Source: Octopus sinensis
Taxonomy: Eukaryota
DNA length: 64,000 bases
NCBI RefSeq assembly: GCF_006345805.1
Contig: NC_043011.1
Span: 50,852,464-50,916,463 of the forward strand
Direction: 5' to 3'
Shown here: positions 12,821 to 23,537 of the stretch, piece after piece
How positions within the stretch are numbered: position 1 is the stretch's first letter
Layout: each line of letters begins with the position of its first letter
Made by a program: the position numbers and the translations under genes
Notes under the pieces: model-generated
The model's database searches: none
What the model saw: the letters and a program-made list of their open reading frames with translations, nothing else
Told to the model about the DNA's origin: nothing

Positions 12821-12842
12821 AATATCTAGTATAATATATACT

Positions 12843-13026
12843 AAGGGGTGCTGAAAAGTTTCTGGCTTTAAGGGTGACGCGAAGGGCCTGGCTGGAGGTC
12901 CAAACTTCCAAGTTCTTTTACAGGGCTTAGAAAAACTGAAGCGTGTGAATCCGAGATATGCTGAATAAAATCGTAATTAACTGATCCTCCTGTATTTTCA
13001 AAGCCAGAAACTTCCCAGCACCTCGT
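12843..13026. mobile_element. About 200-bp mariner-like MITE
   Basis: TIR ggggtgctgaaaagtttctggcttt / aaagccagaaacttcccagcacc; same family as 56021-56238, opposite orientation. Confidence 0.65.
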
Positions 13027-13626
13027 GTATGTATATATATATATATATATGTGTGTTCTTATAATCTTTTCAATCTACAATGTATAATCAAGTGCAAAGG
13101 TATTTTGTAATTTATTTCTTTTCGTATAACAAATGGCGAGGTCTTCGCTTTCTTTTAGATAATATAATGATGTGCATTAGTAATTTATTTTCTATATCTT
13201 TATCAATTTTGTTTGTCATATTAGACTGCTGTCAAACCAGCACAACCTTGAATTTTAATCGAACGAATCGGCGCCAGTACTTTACAATGTGGTTGCGAAG
13301 CAAACCTTTTGCCACAGCCATGCCTATAATATAAAAATTAGAAACTAAAGATGCTAGCTCTGCTTGGCTTTTAAAATATGAACCAAGGGAAATAACTCCA
13401 TTCTGGTCGATTAAGTCCCAAGTTTAGTTAGACCGTGACGAGTGGTCTTTTCACGGCCCCACGTGAAAACTGTTCATCAAACATGCTAATTTTACGCCAA
13501 TAGTTTGTCTATTCTTATACTATCGAACATGTATCTCTTTCAAGGAAATTGCATACACTAGTGTCAGCATTTTATTCTGTCGGATGCCCTTTCTGTTACA
13601 AACCCCTCCACCTGTTTATAAGTAAA

Positions 13627-13994
13627 CTAGCAGTATCGCCCGGCGTTGCTCGGGTTTGTAAGGGAAATAACTATAAAGCATTTTTAGAGAGTTATAGCCA
13701 AAAAATGGAAAAAAAATGGTAAATTTTTTTATAGTTAAAAAGGTCGAGTTGCGTCCCCTAGACAGTCTGTGGTTTGTGTTTCCGATTCTCGACCCCATGT
13801 CGAATTTATCGATTTTTTTCAGAACTGGGGGAACTTTTCAAAATTTTCGCTGCGTTAGTTTTCAATTATGACATTGGGCTATGTGTGTGTCAAGTTTCAT
13901 CAGAATCGGTTGAAAGCCGTGGTCAGGGTGAGGGTACAACCTAACAGGCACACAGAAACATACAGAGACAAACTGCCGTTTATATATATAGAGA
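13627..13994 (-). mobile_element. Non-autonomous Helitron (second copy, different interior)
   Basis: Same 3' hairpin-CTAG end (about 45 bp identical to the 11827 copy); A|TC 5' end at 13994 followed by (TA)n. Confidence 0.78.
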
Positions 13995-14081
13995 TTTTCT
14001 TCGTGACCAGACGTATTTTCACGCGGGAAGTTGGAAAGAAAGGACACCGCTTGCATGACGGCTGCACGCACGCGCACACAC

Positions 14082-14199
14082 CTTGCTCGTCGAGGTTACC
14101 TACGAAGATAGCCGCGCTGTGTTGAAGGTATATTTTGAGAATGTCGTCCAGAATGCCGTCACCGCTATGGATGTTGTCTATGCTCAGAAAAGACAAGGC
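14082..14199 (+). pseudogene. H4: Histone H4 fragment with two internal deletions
   Basis: LARRG (H4 37-41), frameshifting gap, then YEDSRAVLKVYFENVVQNAVT (13/21 identical to H4 51-71), in-frame 33-nt deletion of residues 72-82, then AMDVVYAQKRQG (11/12 to H4 83-94). No N-terminus and no histone stem-loop seen. Confidence 0.88.
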
Positions 14200-14344
14200 A
14201 TTGGGTTTCTTTTACTTCCCACCTGCCAAATACACCAGCAGGGTTTTGGTCAGCCGGGGGGTGTTGTAGAAGTTGCTATCAAGTTGGATTGAACCTAAGA
14301 CTTCTTAATCACACCTATTCCTCTCCCATGACAAATGTCTTATG

Positions 14345-14660
14345 GAGATCATTTACTTCTTTACTTACTTGTGACGGCGTACACCCAGGGCGGGTTGAGC
14401 CGGCTTCTTCTCTGGTCCTGACGGCATCACGAACCATGGCGGCCCACGCTCGACGGTGCTGTGCGAGGTCACAGGAGATAGCGAGCCATTCGCGGTTCTA
14501 TCTGCGGACCTGAGAGGTCCTCCTTTAGCGTCGTTGCCCAGGTCTTCAGCTGCCCGCCCGTGCATTTGCGCCAGTTGGGAAGTGGAGGTGGGAGGAGGAC
14601 ATTGCGAATCAGTTTGCCCTCTGGACGCCATGACCGAACCACCTTAAGCGCCTTTCCTAC
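14345..14660 (-). mobile_element. 3' end of an RTE-clade LINE (decayed)
   Basis: Frameshifted RRLRWFGH...EGKLIRNVLLPPPLPNWRKCTGGQLKTWATTLKEDL...REWLAISCDLAQHRRAWAAMVRDAV...EAGSTRPG, then an (AGTA)-like tail. Confidence 0.75.
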
Positions 14661-14958
14661 CCCTCCTCAATGCGGTAGAGTGGTATAAACGGGCAGTGTT
14701 AGAACAATGCCGTTGGGAACTTCGGTTCCTGGTAGGACCACCGAAGGTGGATTGGTCTGGCACCGAGCTGTATTAGGGTCGCTTCGCGGTCGTTCTGTCC
14801 CTGCGTCTGTGGAGACTCTGCGGCAAACAGGGCGTCCCATCACTCGGGATATGCATGTGGGATGTCGGGGACCGCTTGTGAATTCAATATTCCCACGAAA
14901 CTTATGAATCCTACTACTACCATGGCAATAAATACGAGTTATCTACCTATGCAACCAT

Positions 14959-15445
14959 TTACCTCTTTTAGTATTCAGATTAGTCAAACATAACGCTCAT
15001 TTATTTACATTGCTTTGAATTAATCATGCATCACCTCATAGGTTTGAGATTTCAATGATCATCATCATTGTTTAACATCCGTTCTCCATGCTAGCATGGG
15101 TTGGATGGTTTGACTGGGGATCTGGGAAGCCAGAAGGCTGCACCAGGCTCCAGTCTTATCTGGTAAGTTTCTACAGCTGGATGCCCTTCCTAACGCCAAC
15201 CACTCCATGAGTGTAGTGGGTGCTTTTTACGTGCCACCGGCACGGAGGCCAGTCGAGGTGGCGCTGGCATCGGCCACGAGTCGGATAGTGCTTTTTACGT
15301 ACCACCAGACCAGGGATCCTGGCTGGTTCAATTCGATTTCGAATGATGCGATTGTTATTTCTGCAATGGTAAATGAAAGAAGTTGGATCTGGTCATTTAG
15401 AATATCTGGGCAGCATATGGCCAGTTTCAATGCTAAACAGGCTAA
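14959..15445. mobile_element. TTAA-MITE split by an RTE-tail SINE (about 15059-15335)
   Basis: MITE halves flank the SINE; atttc(g)aatgat occurs on both sides as a probable TSD. Confidence 0.7.
15059..15335 (-). mobile_element. SINE family B
   Basis: Reverse copy nested in a MITE. Confidence 0.85.
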
Positions 15446-16541
15446 CTCTAGTATTTAGATTACTCTGTCAAATGTTAATACTCACGTTTTGTTTTAATCC
15501 TGTTCAAGCTGAGTATTAAGTAATACTTGTCGGTTGGTGTTTTACCAATAATGAATTTTTGCCTATTCTATTATTGTTTGTTAAATTTAACTTCAATGGG
15601 AAGGTGAAATTCGTCATTGCTTTGTACACCTATCAAAATATTCTGCTGCATCTGACCAGAATTCAGCAACATATCTGATTCAGCTAAAGACACGGCTATT
15701 TTCTTGTACATTTTGTAAGCCCGAATATAAATTCTTCAAACCTGGAGTTACTACAGGCATTATATAGGCAGCCACGTCAGTAATATAAAAAGAGGAAAAT
15801 GAAAAAAGTAAAATTCACATATTTTCATCTGCATTTAAACAAATAGTTTTATCTCACCTTACCTTAAATAATTACATCATATCTTCGCTTTATTTTTAGG
15901 AATATCATAGTGTAAGTATGAAGACCAGATCAGGACAGTTTAATCATTAAAAAAATATGGCTGGTTTAAATACCTATGATGAAAGGATGAAAAAGAAAAA
16001 ACAGAAAACTTGACCTATCTTTAAACCATGGCAGCATGACTTTCCATTTTATTATTTATTAGAATCAGCAAGATTTGGTCACTATTTCTTGCAAGGTCAG
16101 TAGACCTAGAAGTTTCTCTTTTGAAAGTGGACGTGGTTGTAATTGTTTAGCCCCAAGTTATCTCTGGTCCTGCTAATCTGTGACCAAACTGTCTTATTTC
16201 AGAGTATCTACAACTCCATTATATGTTGCACTGCTATTTCTAGCTGGTTGGATGACCACAGTGGTAGCCTGATTTTCTAGTGATAATAGTTAAAACTTGT
16301 TACCATATTAATGTTGAAATACATGACTTTACCTGGTATTTACATAAAATTTTGACAGAGTTATCTAAATTAAAATCTTTCAACCACTTTGATACCAACC
16401 CACTCGAGACAACTGATTCCAAGATATTTCCCAACTCTTGAAACTAAATTTGTTTCAATTAATTTCTGCATTAATGAACTTAGTAAAACTTAAGATGATG
16501 CCTGGAACATAAATTAAGATATTTTGATGGAAGGTCTTAAT

Positions 16542-16770
16542 TTAACCCTTTAGTGTTTAAACTGGCCAAATCCGGCCCAATATATTCTACATGTTTTATA
16601 TTTGAACTAGCCATATCTAGCCTCTCACACCTAACCTACAGTGACATTCTAAAAATAAATATTCACATCATTGAAACCTCAAAGCTATAAGGTAATGCAT
16701 GATTAATTCAAAACAATTTAAATAAATAAGCATTACATTTAACAGAGTAATCTGAACACTAAAGGGTTAA
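16542..16770. mobile_element. About 230-bp TTAA-MITE (piggyBac-like), intact copy
   Basis: TTAACCCTTTAGTGTT...AACACTAAAGGGTTAA perfect 16-bp TIR including TTAA. Confidence 0.82.
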
Positions 16771-18115
16771 ATCACTTTCAAACAGGAAGTTTGTACATAG
16801 AATCAGTAGTCGTCTCAGTTGGGTTGGCATCAAAAGGGTCAACACTTACGTGGTTGCATAGCAATAAACAATTTCAAAAGATGACAGTTACATTGATGCA
16901 TACTTCAAACACAAAACAAGTGGACTTCAGTGTTATTTACCGAATGTGTAATGGTTGGTATAAATTTTGCCTTAAAAAATTCCAGGCTTCCTGATATTCA
17001 TTGACACTACCCCTGATGTGCACCCTTTCTTCTTTAGGGTCCTTTTACTATTCACCTTTGTCTTTTTCTGTGTACTGTGTGTATTTGTGGCTCTCATTGC
17101 TGTCTTTCTTTACATCACTTCACTTATGACGGCTTTCTCCCCACCTCTTTTAAACATTTTCTGACGAGTTATAAGTGCATCTCAGCACTGTATACAATAA
17201 TTTAAATCATTAACAAGAGAGGAAAGGTGGTAGGTTGGCAGAATCATTACAGTGTCTAATAAAATGTCTAACAGTATTGTTCAAATGCCACAAAGGTTGA
17301 CTTCATTGTTTATGTTTGTGGGTTGATAAAACGTGTAGCAATTGAGCATTGAAGTTGATGTAACTGATTAACCCATTGCTCCACTAAAAATCTCAGGCCT
17401 TCAGTTTATGGAATGAAAGATTATTAAAAAGAACAGGCAAAGATGAAGACAAAATAAAAAAGCTAATTCATTTTGGATTGAAGCTGACATCTAAAACAAC
17501 AGGATAACGTTGCTTGGAGACATCTGTGATTTATTCTGAGAACAAAATATGGTCTACAATGTTGAGTTTGATGACTGAGGGCAGGGTTTCAATTCTAGCT
17601 CCCAAGAAAAAAAAAAAAAGAAAAAAATTAACAAACATGGCTGGTGATTGTTTTTTTCTTCTTACTTTCTTTATACAACAGCCTTGAATGCAGCAAGTCT
17701 GATCAAAAGATTAGCCATGGTGTCGACATTCTTGGCAGCAGCAGCTAACATACACAGGCAGAGTTGCCTCATGTGGGTACGGTAGCGCAAGAGCAGTTCT
17801 GATGAGCTCAGTGACTAGACAACTGAGCTAGGTGGTTGTAGTAGTAGTAGTAGTAATAGTATAGTGGTGGTGGTTGTGGTGGTAATAATACAAGTAGTAG
17901 TGATAGTAGTCACTCACACACACACACACACACGCACGCAAGCGCATCCACCCACCCACATTCACATCTGTCTCTCCTTCACTCATTAAAAAAAAAATAC
18001 AAAGAAATAAAAAAGAAAAACAAACAATCCAAACTATCACACAAACACATTCAACACAATCAATCTGATGTGATTCAGTCTCACTCACTTGAGCCATTCA
18101 CTCACTCACTCAACC

Positions 18116-18364
18116 TCAGTCGGCATGGGATGGTCTCTGTGGATGGTCAGAAAATTCCACCTTGTACTTATTGTAGCAATAATAAGGGGCACAGTCCGGA
18201 AATATTTTCTCAATAGTTGTCTTCGATGGCCGAATGCCCTCCGTTTTACCCGTCATCCACTGCATACAAGCCAACTCCTGGTCATTTGTCACGTGATCTT
18301 TACGCCAATCGTTAACCCACTTGTCAAACTTTTTGTGTAGCCTTAACGACACTCTTTTGTGGGA
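18116..18364 (-). CDS. SIN3A: SIN3 terminal coding exon 22
   Basis: SHKRVSLRLHKKFDKWVNDWRKDHV...WMTGKTEGIRP...YNKYKVEF...HAD-stop (TGA 18118-18116); matches the SIN3A C-terminus. Confidence 0.95.
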   Translation of the reverse strand, partial: SHKRVSLRLHKKFDKWVNDWRKDHVTNDQELACMQWMTGKTEGIRPSKTTIEKIFPDCAPYYCYNKYKVEFSDHPQRPSHAD

Positions 18365-20032
18365 CTGAAAAAAAAAATACAAAACAAAAAGTTAAATTAT
18401 TTCTGAACAAGTCACCAAGCAGTAGTAAGTACCGCTCAATCATTTCAAATATAATTAATAGTAATTAGAATGTATGGTTATAATAATGCATAGCAACCAG
18501 CAATCACAGAGAAACAGAAAAGTCAACACAAGGGGAACATACAAAAAAACATGCTTCAATATAAGCTGTTTATTTCTAAGAGAAAAAAAATGTAGAAATT
18601 TGTTAAGAATGCTCAATGTGTTAGGCAGCCATATAGACAAAATGTAGAGTGGAGAGTTGGGGGGAAACAAAGAACCCTGGCATGCAAATAGCAGGTATTA
18701 TGAAAAAAAAAAAAAAAAAGAAAGACAAGAGAAAGAATTCAACTAAGAACCACTGCAATTACTGGGAATGGCAGGTGCATGCTTGAATTTGAGACAAGCT
18801 AAACATATATCCCTTCCATAGTGACAAAAAAAAAAAAAAAAAAAAAAAAAAATCCAAATCGCCCAATTGTTTTGTATTATTAATGAAAGAAAATAGAATG
18901 TATTTTTGTTAATACTAAGGGGAAAAATCCCCGCCAGAGAATAATCTTGTAATTTTTCCTTAAGATACTTTAATTCAATTGTCTAAGACAATGAAATTAG
19001 AAGACAGAAAAAGGATGGATATATATGTATACACACACACAAATAAATAAAACTTGTTAAGTTATTAAAGTGTCTGAAAAGTTTGGCAAAAGGCCTAAAT
19101 GTTTCATGTATTCAATATTGATTTATTTTGATCAGACAAGGCCAACTATCATAAATTAAGAATAATATATTCATCGTAAGTACTTATTGACTTAAGAGGA
19201 GTATATATATATAAAATGATAATTTATCCCATTGGCACAAAGTCAAACATTTTGGGGAGAGTCTAGGCAATCGATTTAATGAACCCTCAGAAGACATTCG
19301 TATAATATTACAACAATTCTCATTTCTTTTTTTAAAAAGCAAACAGGGAACAGTGACAGTGCAGAGAAGAAACAAGTATTTGTTAGTAATAGAGAAGAGA
19401 ATGTGTGACTGGTCAAGATTAGAGAGATCAAGGATTGAAAGTTTAATGGTAATTAAGTTTGTTCTGCCTGGCATAGGGGAAAAATTACAAATGGTAGGTT
19501 ATGTACAAAGTTCAGTTATTTGAAAATCTTATATATGTATCAAGAGAAACTTAATGAAGTGACCCCAAAACAAGCATTAGACTAATAAACCTCGCTTAAT
19601 GAGATGATGAAAACACAATAATCCTCAAACAGGATAAACACAAAAAAAAAAAAAAAAATTAAGGAAACGTCGACTCCAGGTCTTGAGTTTCATTGGATCA
19701 GTCTAGAGATAATTATTGGTAAGGATTGACACTTGTAAAAAAAAATTTGCTTTATTAGAAAAAAAAATGTGTGGAAAAAGGGGAACAATAAAGTATGGAA
19801 GCTAAGTAATAAATTTGTGATGAGTGTGGCAGTAATTAAAATGGGGAAATTTAGGAAATGGTTCCTATGCTAAAAAAAATAGTATGAATTTTGGAACTTG
19901 TTTTAAAGTAGGTCAAAATAAGATAACCGAACTATATTTAAGGAAACAGCTCGTCTTTCTTACACAGAAACGTGCCATTGTTATTTTTTTATGTAAAAAG
20001 TTTATAGATGACAGAAAAAAAAAGTGACTTAC

Positions 20033-20243
20033 CTCCCTTGCATGTTTCAACGAGAGCTTTTTGTACAAATAACTCTCGCTGTTCACCACATAAACCATTT
20101 TAAATGAGTTCACATTGAACTTGCATTCAGTGTTGTCGATAATGTCCATGTCATTATGTAACTGCTTATGATAGGCAGCGCCACTGTCACGATCACAGTC
20201 TTTTCCGAGGGAATCCTTCAGTAAATTACGAAGTCTCAGGTTC
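20033..20243 (-). CDS. SIN3A: SIN3 exon 21
   Basis: NLRLRNLLK...DIIDNTECKFNVNSFKMVYVVNSESYLYKKLSLKHARE; donor gtaagt. Confidence 0.95.
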
Positions 20244-20597
20244 CTGTGAAGGGGAAATAAGTTTTCAGTAAAACTGGATCAACAAGGAATGGCTAACTGG
20301 CAGTAAAAGAGGCTGTCTGCAAAGTTTCATGACCGTTGGGTGGCTGAAGCTAATAAATCCAACCACTTATCGACAGTAGGTCAGTCACCATTGCTCATGG
20401 GAAAGCAAGGCAGTAGAGTCAAGCCAGTCGTCCTTACAAGTGACAAGTCAAACGAGCGGAGCTGTTGTAGAGTCATTAACGATAATTATTAATAACAGAG
20501 TATCTTATTCAGTCAGATGGTCAGAGAAGCAATTCGGTCAGGCCTACTTGTAAAGTCAACAGATGAAAAATATCAGCTCCTCCCCCAACCAAAGTAG

Positions 20598-20630
<33 letters not shown>

Positions 20631-22366
20631 GGACCCTCCTCCCAGAAGTTGGAAGAAGGGAGAGGAAATGGCATGGAAAATTTTCAGTATTATTAATGAG
20701 GGGACACTGCAGTGTGTGTGTGTGTGTGAGAGAGAGAGAACAGGAGAATAGATGATAGAAACTATAGAACCTGCATTAGAATTAAGTTAACAGTTACTAT
20801 AGCTAGCAGATAAAGTCAATTTATTGAACAAATATGAAGAAATTAAATGTTCAAACTTTATAAAATATTTGACAAACAAAACTGCTACAAGTCCAAGATT
20901 CTGGCTTACAGAAACTATTTAGAAATGAATTCAACTAGATTACATTTCACTGTTTGGTACACAGCATCAGGTGTTCCAAGCACACTTGGATACCTTAACA
21001 GCAATGGAACACTATTGCGATAAAGTGTTCCCCTGATGATAATCCCTTACAGTTAGGGCATCCAAATACACTTGGAACACCCAATGCTGAGTTTCAAACT
21101 GCAATGGTGAAACGCACAAGAAGAAATGATCTATTTTGTGTTTATTTTAATTCTCCCCTACATATGCACTGCACACCATAACTAGTAACACTTGATTTCC
21201 ACATCACTTATTAGAAGGAAATTGGTTGGGTTAAAAAATATTCCAGTATATCAGCTAATAATTGAAGGTTCAGCCACAAATGTACCACTAAAGAGGAAGT
21301 CACATGTAGACCAGAAGTGGTGCTGAGTGTCTACACACTCAACTACCACTGCATGTATGTGATTCACCATGATTAGAAACACAAGGTGCAACTATGGCCA
21401 TGTGGTTAAAGAGTGCCTTCCAGTTATGTGGTTTTGGGTTCACTTGCACTGCAGGGCAACTTGAAGGCAAGTGCTTTTAATTGTAGCTTTGGGCTGATCA
21501 AAACCTTCAGAGTGGATTTGGTAGATGAAAATTGAAAGACCATTGTGTTATCGTTTTAATGCACACGTATTACTTCTACAGAAATCGCAACATATAGGTG
21601 GTTCTGTTGCCAGTTCTTGTCAACAAATTCTCCAATCACTTTACACCTTCACAGCCACTTAGAATGAGACACTATACTTGAAAATCAGGTAAGGGCCTGC
21701 AACAGAAAGAGCGTCTGGCTGTAAAACAATGCCTTGATAATATATTCTTGTAGTCGATGCAAATGTGGGAAAATATGGGGGGGGGGTCAAACAACTGTGT
21801 CCAAGTATGGTCTCACATTAAGAGGAATTTTCCTTGAGTTTCCTCTTATTTCTTTGATGTCTTGTCTGGAAAGAATGTCCTTAAATGCATTAGTTTAACA
21901 ATTCACACTCCCACAACCCCATTTCCAAAACAAACTAGTGGAAATGTACAATAATTTTGAAAAATGGAATTGTGAAATTTGGAATGGTCAGGACTAATGT
22001 ATTTAGGAAGTGTACCTAACGAGACATCAGGGACTAATAAAGAAATACCACCCCCACCTCCAGTCAAACTTCAAGATAAAGATGTTATGGGGGAGGGGAG
22101 CAAACTGATACTAGTTATCAAGCAGCAAGGGAAACCCACATACACAGAACAAGCTTCTAGTTACCATGTACCAAATTTACCCACAAGACACTGATTGGCC
22201 CAAGGCTATATAGTGGGAAATATTTGCCCAAGATGGCAAGCAGTGGGATCATATCATTTAACATCCTTTTGCCCATGCTGGCATAGGTTGGATGGTTTGA
22301 CCAGGCCCCAGTCTGATTTGGCATGGTTTTTATATTTATACACACACACACACACACACACAAAAT

Positions 22367-22686
22367 CTTTTACTGTTTTCAGTCATTGGACTGTGGCTAT
22401 GCTGGGGAACCGCCTTCAAAGATTCAGTTGAACAAATCGATCTCAGTACGTTTTTTTTTTTTTTTTTTTTTTCAAACATGACATTCCATTGGTGTGTTTT
22501 TATCAAACTAACGATTATATGTGTGTGTGTGCGTGCACACATGATGAGCTTTTAGTTTTCATCTACCAAGTTCACCTATAAGGCCAGGGTTGTAGTAGAA
22601 GACACCTGCCCAAGGTGCCACATAGTGGGGCTGAATATGGAATGTAGTTGGGAAGCAAACTCCGTACCACACAGCCACACCTATGG
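22367..22686 (-). mobile_element. SINE family A (degenerate)
   Basis: Reverse tail ttttactgttttcagtcatt through head cacagccacacc. Confidence 0.75.
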
Positions 22687-23321
22687 CTATACAATACATA
22701 CAGTTTGTATTTGCAAAAGAGTTATTGAGAGAGATGCTTTTCCATTTCACAATAGGTGTAAATACAACGGAGCCCAAAAGTTCCTTCTCATTGCAAAAGA
22801 TGTTTTAAATCAACTTAAAATACAACTAAAAACCCCAATACGATAAACACAAAAGTTGAAACCAAAAAGAACACAATAAACAGCTCAAACACCTATGTTA
22901 TTTTGTATTATATCACGAATATCTGAAGAAAGAGTTTTAAGCATTTTGGTTCCACTTCCAGTACTGTGATAGTAAACTGTGTTGAGATATTGAGCTAGTC
23001 TTTTACTGGCTGCTACCAATGGACTATAGTCATGCTGGAACACTACCTTCAATGGTTTATTTTAGTCTATCAAACCTAGTGGTCTGATATTACATTTGTA
23101 AGATATGAAATGCAAAGTAGACATCGGTACAGGGGAAGATAGATCAGAAATACAGTAGGGTATTTATTTACAGGACATTTCTTCTCCTGCTTTTGTTTAT
23201 CAAATTGCACTCTCACAATACTTGTCAACCCGATGCTACGGTAGAAAATACTTGCCTAAAGTACCCTACAGTGGTTTCATATTTAAACTGCCCACTATAA
23301 TTTTACACAAGACCCTTTCAT

Positions 23322-23537
23322 GTAACTCTTTAGTATTTAAACTGGTCATATCCAGCTCAGATAGTCTACCCGTTTTATTTTCAAACCAGCCAGATTCAGC
23401 CTGTCACACCTACCCTATAATATTCTAAATATAAATAATAATCACATCACTGAAATCTCAAAGCCATGATCAACTCAAAACAATGTTAATAAATAAGCAT
23501 GGCATTTGACAAAGTAATCTGAATGCTAAAGGATTAA
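23322..23537. mobile_element. TTAA-MITE copy
   Basis: Same interior and degenerate TIRs. Confidence 0.7.

Noticed and set aside
14365-14907. GC-rich ORFs of 63-88 aa (MASRGQTDSQ..., MPLGTSVPG...)
   Set aside because: Off-frame or antisense readings of the RTE remnant and adjacent GC-rich block
17799-17832. Hammerhead-like CTGATGA followed by a 7-bp hairpin (gctcagt/actgagc)
   Set aside because: The obligatory GAAA after stem II is absent (TAGG), I found no stems I and III, and it is antisense to the SIN3 3' UTR
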